Source: the human T2T-CHM13v2.0 reference genome, Homo sapiens. From it: 64,000 nucleotides of DNA. The notes beneath the pieces were generated by a model that did no database searches, had not been told where the DNA came from, and was given only the letters and a program-made list of their open reading frames with translations. A program made the translations under genes and the position numbers. Positions within the stretch are counted from its first letter, which is position 1, and every line of letters begins with the position of its first letter. The stretch lies in the NCBI RefSeq assembly GCF_009914755.1, contig NC_060947.1, one strand, 5' to 3'. Below, piece by piece: positions 33,626 to 48,189 of the stretch.

Positions 33626-34681
33626 ACATTAAGCTTAAACACTGTTTCATACACACTTGGATCCAGTTGGCCAATAATTTGTTTCAGAACTTTTCCTTAT
33701 TAATTTATGACTGAAATTGGCATGGGGTTTTCCTTCCTGTTTCATTTTTGTCTGATTTTGGTAAAAAAAAAAAAAAATTTTCTAACCTTATATTTTCCAG
33801 ACATGTATATTGCCTTGTATGTTCTACTGAGTTTGTTGATGACTGGAATTATCTATTCCTAGAAAGTGTGTTCAAATTTGAATGTAAAATAATTTCAGTC
33901 TAATATAGTCTTTGTAGGAAGACTTTTAATTTGTGATTAAATTTCTGTCTCCTCAGGCTTTCTATATCCCCTTCCATCATTTTTGTAGCAATATTCTCCT
34001 AGAAATTCATCCATTTCATGTAAGTTTCTAAACTTATTTGCATAGCTTTTAGTATTTTCTGTATTTTAAAAATATATTATAACTGTAGTTATAACATTTT
34101 CATCCTTAAGATTTTATATTTGTTTTTACTTCCCTCTCAGTTGATTTGTCTAATTAAAACATGAATATGGGCATTTAAATTTTATTGATTCCATGTTGTT
34201 TTTATTTATTTCTGCTCTTGAATTCTTCTCTTTCCATTTACTTTCTCTGCATTTATTATACTTTTCCCTATTTTCTTGAGATGGGCAGTTAGCTCACTAG
34301 TTTTCAGCCCTTCCGTCTCTTCTACAAAAATTAACAGGAACCAATTAGTTTTAATTTTTATTTTTATTATCACTCGGTTCTATGAATTTTAACCATCCAT
34401 TTTGAATTCATCTTTGATCCACAAATTATTTACTTTAGTCAAGTTTTTACTATTGATTCTAGCTTGTTACAAATTTAAGAGTATTTCCCTAATAATACCA
34501 AATATGTGAAATGTATTGACATTTCCATGTACTTCAGATGAAATTTACACTCTGATTTGGGGTTCTCTATACAGTCTTTATATCCACCTTATCAACTGTT
34601 AATCATCACTATCTTCACTAACTTTTGTCTGGTGTCTTGAAAGAAAGAGGCATTATGAAATCTCCCACCATGCTGATATAG

Positions 34682-35068
<387 letters not shown>

Positions 35069-35323
35069 TAGAACTGTTATATTTTACTCCATTTTTTGCC
35101 TAATAATGATAATGACCATAATGTCTATTTTGCTGGAAATAAATTAGGTGTCTAAGCTTTTTATTGATTAATCCTTTTCGGAAAATCTGTTTCCATTTTC
35201 GATATATGTGTCTTTATGTATTTCTTAAAAACAATGTATTTTGAATTTTGATGCTTTATTCTGAAAATTTCTACATTTATATATTAAATGTATTGAGCAA
35301 ATAGTTCTAGGACTACAGATGTA

Positions 35324-35526
35324 TTTTTTTTTTCTTTTTCTTTTCTTTCCTTTTTTTTTTTTTTTTTTGAGGCAGAGTTTTGCTCTTTCACCCAGTCTGG
35401 AGTGAAATGGCATGATCTCAGCTCACTGCAACTTCCGTTCCCTGGGTTCAAGTGATTCTCCTGTCTCAGCCTCCCGAGTAGTTGGGATTATAGGCACCCA
35501 CCACCAAGCCTGGATACTTTTTTTTG

Positions 35527-35557
<31 letters not shown>

Positions 35558-35659
35558 GTATTTGTGGTAGAGACCAGGTATCACCTTGTTGGCAGCCTGG
35601 TCTGCCTGCCTTGGCCTCCCAAAGTGCTGGGATTAAGGCATGAGCTACCACGCCCGGCC
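35324..35659 (-). mobile_element. AluS (Sq/Sp-like) with expanded middle A-linker and left-arm deletion
   Basis: Reversed Alu with about 40 nt of T-rich linker at 35518-35558. Confidence 0.92.
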
Positions 35660-36544
35660 GCTGGTATTTTTCTACCATCTATTTTTTTCTATTTCTATTT
35701 TTCTACCATCTTTTCTTTTATTTTATGCTCATCTCACATTTTTCTGTTTTGTTTTCCTTCTTTCTTGCTTTACTGCGTACTGATTGAGAACTGTTCCTTT
35801 TATCATTCTTTGATTGTTTCCCAGGTGGATGCTCCATTAGTGGTTATCCTTGACAATTTATTACAGCATAAAGTCGACATTTAATCACTATCTCTACCCT
35901 CTTTCTAAATAAAAGGGCTTGTGGCTGTAACTCCCCTCCATATTGTTTTTAATCTAGTATTTTAGATCAACATTATTTTAAATGAAATTAGATATTCTTA
36001 TATATTTTTTGCAACAAATGCCTTTTGTATTTAAAAGCTTAACTATTTTTTCATCATACTTATTGCATCTAAAACCTTTAAAACTTATTTTTCTACTACT
36101 TCTAATTCTTCATACTTATTTTAGACATTTTTATAGTAAGGGTCTATTGGGGTAAAATTTCACTTTTTTTTCACTCTGATAATGTCTAATTTCCTCTTAC
36201 TCTGAAGAACTAATTTTGTTGAGTTCAGAATTCTAGGTTGACGGTAATTTTTTCAATATCTTGAAAATATTTTCCATTGCTTTTTTATTCTTATTCATTG
36301 TTGTAGATAAGAAGTCTAATGACAGCCTAAATTTAATTGCTTTGTAGGTTATCCATCTCACCTCTAGCTGCTAATATAAATTTGTCTTTGGATTTCTGCA
36401 CTTTCACTGTGATATGTCTGAGATTGGATTTCTATTTATTTACTTTGCCTGTTATATAATGTGCTTTCTGTTTAAGTGGTTTATGTCACTGGCTCTTGGA
36501 AACTTTCCTTTAATATCCTTCATATATTACTCCATCTGCATTTC

Positions 36545-37580
36545 TCAAAAAAATTATGACATACAAGAAAGCTGTATATAATTAACATACACAAGTTGCT
36601 GAGTTTGGAGATAAATATACACTGATAAAAACATTACCTCAATCTATGACATAAACCTATTCATCATCTCCAAAACTTTCCTCCTATTCTAATATTATTA
36701 TTATTCTGTAACAGAACACTTAACATAAGGTCTATCCTCTTAGCAAAGTTTAAGTAAATAGACTAACTATAGGCAATATGCTTTACAGTAGATCTCTAGG
36801 AATTATCTATATTGTATAACCTAAACATTGTACCCTTTTACAAATATCTCTCCATTTTTCCCTTCCCCTAGCCCCTGGCAGGAAGCATTCCACATTCTCC
36901 TTCCATTAGTTTGACTGTATTAGATTCATAATATGATTGGGATCATGTATTATTTGTCTTTCTATGTCTGGCTTACTTCATGTAGCATAATGTCCTCCAG
37001 GTTTATCCATGTTGTTACAGCGAAATGGTAGGATTTGCTTATTTTTTAAGGGCTGAATAATATTTCATTGTATGTATATATCACATTTTCTTTTTCCTTT
37101 CACCTGTCAATGGACATTTAGGTTGTCTCTATATCTTTGCTATTGTAAATAATGCTGCAATAAACAATAGAGTGCAGATAATCTCCTTGTGATTCTCATT
37201 CAATTTCCTTTGGAGATATCCCTAGAAGTGGAATTGCTGGATCATATAGTAATTCTATTTTTAATTTTTTTTTTGAGGAATCTCCATACTGTTTTCCATA
37301 GTGTCAGCATGAATTAACATTCCTGCCATCAGGGTACAAGGGGCCCTTTTCTCCACATTCTTGCCAAACTTGTCATCTCTTGATTTTCTTTTTAAGTAAC
37401 TGCCATTCTAACAGATGTGAAGACATATATCATTGTGGTTTTGATTTACATAGCCCTGATGATTAATGAGTTTGAGCACCTTTTCATATATATGTTGGCC
37501 ATATGTAGGTCTTCATTGAAGAAATGCCTTTTGAGCTCAACTGCTCATTTTTAAATTGGGTTATATAATTTTTTTATATT
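36545..37580 (-). mobile_element. L1MA/MB 3' portion (sense to DMD)
   Basis: Reversed 3'UTR and ORF2 end: tggcttacttcatgtagcataatgtcctccaggtttatccatgttg...gaagtggaattgctggatcata. Confidence 0.8.
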
Positions 37581-39541
37581 GAATAATAATAATCTCCATT
37601 TTCTTTATTCTCCTCTTTGAAAACTCCCATTGAGATAAGTTATATGTTCATATTCTACTCCCCACCCCTGTATCTATTACCTATTGTTCACATCTTCCAC
37701 CTCCTTAGTTTTTGGTAACACAGTCTGTACATTCTCTTTTAGTTTTCTTTTAAATCATTTCTTTCAACTAATATGTTTATATATGATATATTCATTTTCT
37801 AATTTTTAATTGTAGTTGTTTAATTTTGATTTCTTTATTCCATTTTTACAATGTTTTCTTTTTTATAACTTCAATAACATTTATTTCTATAATATTTTAC
37901 CTATTTATTTTATACTATACATCTTGCAATTCTAATATCCGGAATTCTAGAAGTAAACTCACCGTTCGTTGTATAGGCTGACTGTGCTTCATGAGGGCTT
38001 TTCTTGTGCGTGTGAGTGAGTGTGTGTATGTCTATGTGTTTATGATGAGCTCAAGTTCCCCTGAGTTTAATCTGTGAGGACACTGAGGGCACTTTTCATG
38101 GTAAACAATTTGCATTTGCTTCTAACTAATGCTAGGACGCTCCTAACCTGGTGCTACCCTGACTTAATCACTTGTTTGGATATTTCTTTACCCTTTGTGA
38201 TAATATACACTCAAGAGTTCCTCACCTTACAAGAATAGGCCAACACACATTTTCAGGTGACATTATTATAATTATTCTATTACTTTGCACTCACAGTGAG
38301 AAGACAGATGTCTTTTTATGTTTGTTCTCTCTGCAGATAGAATTCTCTCTGCCCATTATCTTACTGATAGAACCCCAGTTTTATGTGGAATCTGTGTTTA
38401 GCTCCACCATTTTCGTGAGCCAGAGGATCATATTTCTTTTCCATCAAATGACTTAATTCACCTAAAATTGGGGTTCCCAGTCTTAGCTTTTATCTCCACC
38501 ATACAAATGTCAGTGGTCATAGGCATGTTACGGCATGACTTCAGTTTCATCTGATTTTTTTCCTAGCCTTTAAAGGTTTACTTATACTTCTTTGAAAGCA
38601 ACATAAAATACAACTACTAGACATTTTCCAGCATCCTAGTGCTTTCCAGAGGGCATTACAGAAGACTTAGCTGTCCTAGCCCTTGAGAACAGAAGTCAGC
38701 CCTATCACAACAACTGTGAAGTAAGCTAATCAAATCTATTTCATAAAGCAAATGTGGGATTTAAGTTTGATGTTGCTTCTAACGGCTTAGCAAAAGGACT
38801 GACGTAAAACTGTGCTCAAAAAGTAATGGCTTTTACTATTATTATAGACAGATATTGTCTACAAAACATATTGACAAATTAATAAAGCATAATATGCCAC
38901 TTATTTTCCTAGATTACTTTATAGTCTTCCTTCAAGCAATGTTCTTCCGTTCTGGTCTATCTATGCTAAGGTAGATGTGACACTGAGGGAAAAATTCAAA
39001 GTCATAATTACCAGGAAAAATTAATACGGCCCTCTCTGAGTCTATCATAAATGTTACTATTACAGAAGAATTAACCAATTTAGATTTTGTCCCTTTCAGT
39101 AAATTTGCTATTTCATGTCAGGCATAACAACTTACAGACATCTTTGAAAGGGACTGAAATACGGGCATTAATAAGCCACGAAAGAGGTGAAATAATCACT
39201 CATCAAGAGAAGTGGTAAAGGCTTTGGACTTCTCAATGTGTGACTTTAATATTTAAGACTCTAAATTTTATTTTAATTAGTCAGCCATAATACTTTTAAG
39301 GCCATGTTTTAAGCTTTCCTTAAAAACGGGGAAACTCGTTAATTGCCATATTCACTTATTAGCAGAGTTTTTATTTTTAATATATGAAAAGGGTCACAGA
39401 GATTGGAGGTAGTGTAGCCAAATGGTCACGTGCCTAGGCTTCAAGTGTAAAGAGATGGGTCTAAATGCTCAATAGCTTCTTCCTAGGGCCTTTAATATCC
39501 TTTCAATTTCTGTAGAATGGGAATATGAAAAACCATATATC

Positions 39542-39867
<326 letters not shown>

Positions 39868-40452
39868 CTATTGTGAGAACTAAATGAGAAAATGCATATC
39901 TGACAATTAAAAGGGTACCTGAGCCTCTGTAACCAAATACTATTACCAATATTATTATTCATTTTGTTGTATTACTAAATCATCTTCTGCTGCTTGGTTA
40001 CCCTGTTAGAGAATAAAGCTATTACAATAGTTGTAAAAATGATATGATTTGGTACGTCTGTTGGAGATGTTGCCTGGTTTGCTAACCATCTTTCAAATCA
40101 TTACTGTGAGTAGAAAATATAGTGCTATATGATTATCAAGAATGAAAGATGCCTTTTGAAGTGATGGAAATAATTTATTACTTATTTGAATGCAAACTCA
40201 CACTCTGAAATTAGGGATGGGATCTAGCAAATCTCTTTTAAATATTCATAGGCAATAAAAGTCTGGCTGTTTGACTGATTTAACAGGCAATTGAATGTTA
40301 CCTTAGTTCTGCATAATTGCAGCTATAAGAAACATTAGGTAGGTGATATAAAAACCTCACAAACCTCTGACATAGGCACTTAATTGATTTTAAAAAATAG
40401 GTTAAGGCTCATCTTCAAATTAAAAGGCACTTTGTTTATTAATAGCAAATCT

Positions 40453-40576
40453 GGCTGAGGCAGGAGAATTGCTTGAACCCAGGAGGCAGAGGTTGCAGTG
40501 AGCCAAGATCGTGCCATTGCACTCCAGCCTGGGCTTCAGGGAGAGACTCTGTCTCAAAAAAATAAAATAAAATAAA
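40453..40576 (+). mobile_element. 5'-truncated Alu (right arm only)
   Basis: ggctgaggcaggagaattgcttgaaccc... with (TAAAA)n tail; possible TSD aatag(c/a)aaat. Confidence 0.92.
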
Positions 40577-41357
40577 AATAGAAAATAACCACAAAATAAA
40601 AACTTTTTTGTTTAACCAACCAAAAATCAAGAGAATCATGGCCTAAAACAAATTCAGAATTCTTGATTATAACACATTAATGTACAACAAGAATTTTTTA
40701 AATTGATTTAAAAACTCAGTTACTGTAATCATTTTGTTTCTTCAGCCTCTCAGATAATTTATCCCAAGGCTTATTCTACTGCATCGAAACAACAGTCTTT
40801 TTAACTAGATAGTGGAAATATCCAAAGGATTGATTTAGCTAATAAATTATTAGGTGTGTCTTTTTTACCTAAGTAGTTTGAAATTGATCAAAGTGCTGAG
40901 CAAAGCCTGAGAAATACAAAAGTCCTATTACTACACATTGTTTTAATTTAACATTGTATCTTTCAGGTCTAATCAGCTTATCACAGGCTGATACAACAGA
41001 ATTTGAGAAGGATATTATGTTTAACATGATGTGGTTTTCATGAAAGCCGTAAAAACTAAATATGCTTTATTTTCATTGTCAAATAACTCCCAGGTTATTA
41101 CTGGCCAAATATGTAATATAAACACAGCTAGGACTGATAATAGTTTCAAGTTTACTTATTTTAGATTTATTGTTATTTTAACACTCTGCTTAATCATTGA
41201 GGTACAAGTGGAGAGCTTCTGATTTTAAGACTTAGAGGGTGATAAAAATCCTTTTTATCTGTCTTCACATTTTATTTAACTAATGGAGGCATGTGCATTT
41301 CATTATATTTCATATTGCACTATCTGCATTTATTTACCAATCACTGCCCTCAGTGGG

Positions 41358-41470
41358 ATATATATATATGTATATTTACATATTTTTAAATATATATTTA
41401 CATATTTTAATATATACTTACATATATATATATATATATATATTTACACCCATACAAACACACACACACA
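41358..41470. repeat. (TA)n-rich low-complexity repeat ending in (CA)n
   Basis: Directly visible. Confidence 0.8.
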
Positions 41471-41689
41471 ATTTTTGAGGGCTGATACTCTAGAATATCA
41501 TCTAGTCAAAATAAAAAGGCTGATCATGTATTAAATTTATTGAATAATTTATTGAATATGTACTGTGTTCCTGGAACCATAGTACTTTAAGTGCCGTATT
41601 TTATATTTTGCTGACAAAAAAAACCCCCTATGAAACAGGATGAGGAAACGTAAGTTTAAAACTGTTACTCAAAATCACATAGCCAGTGA

Positions 41690-42513
41690 ATTACAGAGGG
41701 ATTTGCCAGTTATCAATTTTTTGCCTTTCAACATGATCCTGTTTTTGACACGGGAACATTTCTCCCCTTGCCAGCTGACATGATATTAAGTTCTGTCAGT
41801 AAAGGATGCTGGAGTGACAATGGGGGAGGTAGAGGTTTGTCTGTCCCAGTGTGCTTTTAATTCTTTTTCAAACCTGTGACTCTGGGCTGGCCTATGGAAT
41901 GCCCAGTAAGGCTCACCTCATCCACCCCACTTTACCCAGAAGACTTTCAGCAACACTATGGGTCGTGTTTGACAAGTTCTATGGGTACCCAATAAGCAAA
42001 TTGAGGATGGGTGGCAAATCCATAGGCAGCTTCCTGGAGCCCCACCTCATTTCCTCAAGTTTAGTAGCATCCACTACAGGTAGTTTCCCACCATGTCCAA
42101 TGAATACACCAGACAGCTTTCTAGCAAATTCAATGGTTCCCCACCATAGGCTACTTCCCTGTGAATTTTGTCAGCATTCCCCTCCAATATTCTCTTCACA
42201 CTAGCTTCAGCTCACTGGCTATAGACTTGTTCTGGATTGGGTCAATGAAGGAAACTTCTCTGTCATCCCATGGGAGGCAGACACACACTTTCTAAAGAAG
42301 TTTGAATCCAGCCTTGGGTTGAGCTCCTATCTTTCCATATTAGTTCCTTGTTTGTGTACTATTCCTCAGGCTTAAGGTATTCTTTAGAGATCTCTTTTAT
42401 TTCCTATTAAAAATTAATTTCCAGTAAGTAGTTAATACTTATTTGTGTTAAACCATCTCTGTTTAAGTGACTGAGTGGTTTCTGTGCCCTGTCTGGACCC
42501 TGACTACTAATAC
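41690..42513 (+). mobile_element. Ancient ERVL-class solo LTR (LTR33/LTR41-like)
   Basis: Ends ...ggtttctgtgccctgtctggaccctgactactaataca, typical of ERVL LTR 3' ends; 5' limit approximate. Confidence 0.5.
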
Positions 42514-42830
42514 AAGGTGTTATTCTAGCCCAAGTTTCAAGTATTTTCTTATTCAAAAGTTTATGCTTTAAAAACTCAGTCCAGAAAATAAGATAATACG
42601 TGTTGAATCAGGGTATGTTGCTGAAATGAATTATTTTTTCTTTGGGGGAAATGTCAGGGTTTATACCAAAAACCTTTAAAATAGAAGGTTATAAGTAGTT
42701 TTGTGTTAATAAAGGATTGCAATATAATTACATTAATAGAGTTAATACCAAGATCAAGTTAGAGAGTAAGCTATTCCTAAGGACAGAATAGATGAGTACT
42801 GAAAAATGTCAAACACTGAAGTTGGATCTT

Positions 42831-43112
42831 GGCCAGGTGTATCTCCCAGCACTTTGGGAGGCCAAGGCAAGTGGATAGCTTGAGCCCGGGAGTTCAAGAC
42901 CAGCCTGGACAACATGGCAAAACAACATTTCCACACACACACACACAAATAACCGGGAGTGGCAGCATGCACCTGTAGTCCCAGCTACTCAGGAGGCTGA
43001 GGTGGGAAGATCACCTGAGCCCAGGGAGGTCGAGGCTACAGTGAGCCACGATCATGCCACTGCACTCCAGTCTCAGGGACAGAGCAAGACCCTGTCTTTA
43101 AAAAAAAAAAAA
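42831..43112 (+). mobile_element. AluJ
   Basis: J-diagnostic cttgagccc...gatcacctgagcccaggaggtcgaggctacagtgagc...agcaagaccctgtct; CA repeat in the linker. Confidence 0.92.
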
Positions 43113-44386
43113 TTTGAGTCTTTTCACAGCTAAGCCAAGGTCAGTTTCACAATGACTTTTAATTTTTTGATGCAACTGCTGTCTCCTACCTGACACTGAT
43201 ATTCAAATAGAAATAAAAACACATTCCAATTCCATATCACAACCCACATTGAAATGATCTTCAATTTACTTGCCACATAGCAATATCTATTTGACTCAGA
43301 TCCAGCAATAGTGCAACAATGATGAAGGACCAGAGATTGTTTGGAATTCCCCTTTTCCAATCCCCAATTCCTTATGTTGATTTGGATAAAATATGGATAT
43401 GCCACCCAGGATTCAAGACTGGAGGTGCTGCTGGTACATTTGCAGATATCTGCCCTACCCTCACATACTTCTCTTCAGAATTGGATAGAGAAGAGGTTTT
43501 CCTACTCAAGGCGTTCCTTTTCAATCTGTAAGCATGTCAAAAGGTCCCCGACATTGACTATTCAATAAGTCATTAGTCAATGGTTTCATGCATACTACCC
43601 TAGTTACTACCCCCCCTTATTCTCTTTTTTCTCTTCATACGTTATATTATTTGTTTTTATGTCTTGCACATTCTAGGAAATCAGTAACTCTTCCTTAACT
43701 AACCAATGTTTTTAAGTTATGAAGGTTAGCAAATTTTTCCTACTCATCAAACCATAGAACCATATCTCACATGTAGTAGATGTACTCAGTAAGTGAATAT
43801 AAAACTAAACATCATTATAAAATGGGTTTTCTTCTTGACAAATAATCCATTCTTAGGAGATAGTATGCAAAACACTGACTAGGAGAAATTTGCTATTTTG
43901 TTTTAGTTTTGATTTGAAAAATCACACCATGTGTGATATATGAAAATTTATCTATAAGAAATGTAGTGTTATTTATGAAGAATAAATAATATGGGGTACT
44001 AACAGAATTGCATGTATTATTAGCAGATTACATGTGACATAACAAATGTGTGTGGAATGGAGGGAGAGGAATAAAATGAGACAGCGAGAGAGAAAGGATA
44101 CCCACACATACTGGTCTATCTTGAGTAAGGAAAAGAACTCTGTGGTCAGAGTAACCTTCTTGGGATGTCTCAGTTGCCTTTTAAGAATCCTAACTTACAA
44201 TGTTTTTGTGAAATCACATGCTATAATACACATGTAAAGAATTTACCCAGTGTCTGGCATTGGATTGTCTCTGAAACCTGAAAGCTGAGCTAATATTTAA
44301 ACTATTGCTCATTTTATCTGAGAGGCCTGTATCTGCTATACATTAATGCAAATTAGATTAAAGAGATTTTTCACTTATCTTCATAC

Positions 44387-44536
44387 CTCTTCATGTAGTT
44401 CCCTCCAACGAGAATTAAATGTCTCAAGTTCCTCATTGATTAGCTCATCCATGACTCCGCCATCTGTTAGGGTCTGTGCCAATATGCGAATCTGATTTGG
44501 GTTATCCTCTGAATGTCGCATCAAATTTTCAAGTGA
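44387..44536 (-). CDS. DMD: Dystrophin exon 29 (150 nt): SLENLMRHSEDNPNQIRILAQTLTDGGVMDELINEELETFNSRWRELHEE
   Basis: Acceptor gtttcag|TCA, donor GAG|gtatga; phase 0/0; lies within ORF 44381..44587. Confidence 0.98.
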
Positions 44537-44799
44537 CTGAAACACATTTGCAATAATTACTATTTCTCCTTTTTTTTCTAAATACATTGGATTATCAGCA
44601 AATGCTCAGTATCTTCTGATTTACATATAATTAAGTCATAATCAATTTAAAGCAAATTTTAATTGGGATTAAAAACACCAAGGAGCATTTTTGCTTCAAA
44701 AAATAGGATGTCATTCTATATGAATCTTCATGGGATTATGACAGTGTTGCGGACTGAGAACTTAAAACTTGATTCACAACCACCTTTTTCCTTGACGTC

Positions 44800-45180
44800 C
44801 CCTAACTCTAAAACCAGAAGAGGTAAAACACTAAATTTCTCAACTTCTCTGATAGCTAGTGGTGTCCACGTGACACAATTCTGAAAAAGAGTACTCTCTC
44901 AAGAAGAATCCTTTTGCCCTTCCTACTTTTTTGCACATACATGGCCTGGAGGTATAACAATCATCTTTGCACTGGGAGGCAATGACTTTGAGTGTGAGGT
45001 CCTTCATGCTCAGGAAGAGAGAGCAGAGAGTGCCTACTCGCCTCATAATATGGCTGAACCATCCTCAACCCTGAGTAACCTCCCTTCACTATTCTTTTCG
45101 TGGTGAGAAAAGATCATTTTGTGAGCTTAAACCGTTGTCTGATTCTCTGTTACGTACATCCCAATAATACCCATCTCCTA
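44800..45180 (+). mobile_element. MLT1-type (MaLR) LTR fragment
   Basis: ctagtggtgtccacgtgacacaattctg...catctttgcac...cttaaaccgttg...tctctgttac pattern. Confidence 0.5.
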
Positions 45181-47325
45181 TACTGCTCAAAATTGACAAA
45201 GTTGCCTGGCTAGATAATATGATGAAAGTGAATCTCAGTGTCATAGGCATGCCAGAAAACAAGGGATTCAATTTCATCTTACTGGACCTCAAACATATCT
45301 ATAAAATAAGTGATGGGCATATGTTCTCACAAATTTATTAAATCTTCTGTTTTCCTTGTTTTAAAAAAATGAAAATCTTCCAATACATATTTGTAATTTT
45401 TCCTGTTTATGTATTTTTCTTGAATTTTGAGCAAACTCAATACATTGTCCTATTAAGTTTCAAGAAAATAAAGAGACTTCCTAAATACATTTATATTAAA
45501 AAAAATCACTATAACCTGTAAAATACTTTAAAAGCCATCAAATTTTTGAGTAGAACAATGTGATTGTTAATAATTTTCCTAATAATTTATATTCCTTATT
45601 ACTTCTAACAAATCTTAATTTTGTAAATATTTATTTGCAAAATGGATATAAATAATTTTAATGGATACATTATTTTATAAGTCTTAACAAAGTATATACC
45701 TTGTTAAATTTTTTTAAAGGTGGATGAAAAGCAACAAAGCAAAATTAAGGGATCAGTTATAAATATCTTGAGTTGCAAGAAAACCTAGAAGTCGTGCAGT
45801 TTTTCTATCCTTGATACGTGGTGATCTAGCCCTTTTCACTCAAAATGTCCTCCTGGATAAGCATCAGCAACACTACCAAAGAGCCAATTTTATGTATGTA
45901 TTTATTTATTTTTTCACTGTGGAATTTCATTTATTGGCTCCATTATCTGAATTAGGAACAATTTGAAATTATGACCACAACATAGAAATAAAAGATAAGA
46001 GCACTCGCAATTTTCCTCCTCCCTGCTTGTCTGTGTTGTGGGCATTGTGAGGGCCTCGTCTAAAATAGTAAATAGTAATGGTAAGTTTTGTTTCCCCATC
46101 TTTTCTAAATGCTCTTCATTATGGCTTCAAATTTTCTCTCTTTCCTTAACATTCCTTTGTGAACATGCCCTAGTTTTTCAGCACATCACTGAAACTGTGA
46201 GAGCAAGAATTTAGCATGGTGCTCCATGTACGATTTGACAATTTCATAGGCTAACAGCATCATCCTATCTTCTGTTCTGGCCACTGTCCTTTTATTAATG
46301 TGCTGTAAATTTGCTGCAACTTTTCTAGAACATGTAACACATTGCTGATTCACAAGAAATGTTTGGTCAATTAACTTCTCTGAATACGACAAATTTATAG
46401 TCATAGTCAGATAGAGCCAAAATTAAAGTCCACTGGAGATCTACTTCATTGTACTTTAATATCTTTTCAGGTTTTATAATTTCCTTTTGAAAATTAGGAA
46501 GTTGGATAAAATGATCTATAGGTGTCTACTCTGATGTTCTAGGATTACAAATTCTATTCTGTCTAAAGAAATACCTTACATTTTCTTCACATCTTGAATA
46601 ATTTATGCTCCTTATTTTATAGATTTACAGAGGGGCTATACTACTTATAGCTTTACGTACATATATTACATATTCTAAAACAACATATTCATTACATATA
46701 GATAAGTCAAAAGTACACTAAAATGCATAGAGCTTGAATGATTAAATGTCAGAAGTTAAAGTCAAGTTTATAAATGCAAACTCATTTAATTATTGAAAGT
46801 CTCCAAAGTAAAACTTAAAAATGTACTTACATTTTATGAATACTTTAAAGATATATTTCCAATATTAAAGCATATCCATTTAATAACTCAAAACATTCCG
46901 TAAGGTGTAAATTTGTGATTTTAAGTAAGTATAAAATAGGTTCCAATTCAATACGTGCAGCTTTTAAACTGGAAATAATATTTCATATTATCATCCCGAT
47001 TAGCCCTAAAGCAGTGAGTTTGTTTATTCACACTGTCTTTGCAGGTTTGTGGTACATTTAATTAGGTGAAGCATCTATGTAGAACTTAGTGATATAATAA
47101 AGGCAAATTTCCTCTGTGAGAAGCCATTTAAACCCTTTGCAAAATCTTGTGACCTAGAAGGTTATTAGGGGGAACAAAGGCTTTATCCAAAGTACCAGTG
47201 CTGAGTGATAACATAGTAATTATACTCTCTTGGGTTGTTTTCTTTGGATTTGTCTTCTATTTGGTACTTGACCTCTTTTAATACTGCATATAAATTATCA
47301 TCATTTGGCTTAATTTACAACTTAC

Positions 47326-47460
47326 ATCTAGCACCTCAGAGATTTCCTCAGCTCCGCCAGGAATGTTTTCAGTGGTTTTAAGTTTAAATTCTACTTCATT
47401 TAGCCACTTGTTTGCTTTCTCCAAGTATGACAATAACTCATGCCAACATGCCCAAACTTC
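47326..47460 (-). CDS. DMD: Dystrophin exon 28 (135 nt): EVWACWHELLSYLEKANKWLNEVEFKLKTTENIPGGAEEISEVLD
   Basis: Read manually (absent from the ORF track): acceptor tttcttag|GAA, donor GAT|gtaagt; phase 0/0. Confidence 0.97.
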
Positions 47461-48189
47461 CTAAGAAAGAAATATATATCACAGATTAAATATTATGGTA
47501 GAAAAGTAAATGTGAAATTTTGCCATTTCATTATTAAAACTTCTGAAAATATAACACTTTGTATTTTTCACCTTTACTTTGTAGCAGGTAATTCAAAATG
47601 CAGCTAGACAGTTTCATCATCTAATACCTCTACAATCAAAAGTCATTAAGAAAACATTTTATTACATGAATAATGAATAAATTCAAAAGACAGTAATTTA
47701 CTTTTTAAAATAAAAATAAGCACCAACATTGCAGTCTGGGAAACAGAAAAATAAAAGCATATGTAAAAATGCATATGTAAATCTAACTCCCTCACACATC
47801 ACTGTTACCAGTATTCTGTGACCTCCTCTGAAATTTATCATATATAATTTGATAGTTAAAATTTAAGTGAGTTTAACTATAGCTCTCTTTTCACTAAACA
47901 TTATATCATACCATTTTCTGTATTACTAAGAAGACATATTTTTAATGAAAATCTAAGACTTCTTTAAAGTGGCTCTATCTTAGTTTAGCAATTTCCTTTT
48001 TTTAGATAGACTACTTTTAGTTTTGTTTGCTATTATAAATTTATGGTAAACATCATCGTGAATATGGACTATTTTTCCACATTCTTATTATTTCCTTGAG
48101 GTATATTATCGGAAATATTACCACTAATTCAAAGGTTTGATTATTTTAAATGGCCATTAATTTGTATTATGAAACTGATTTATACACAG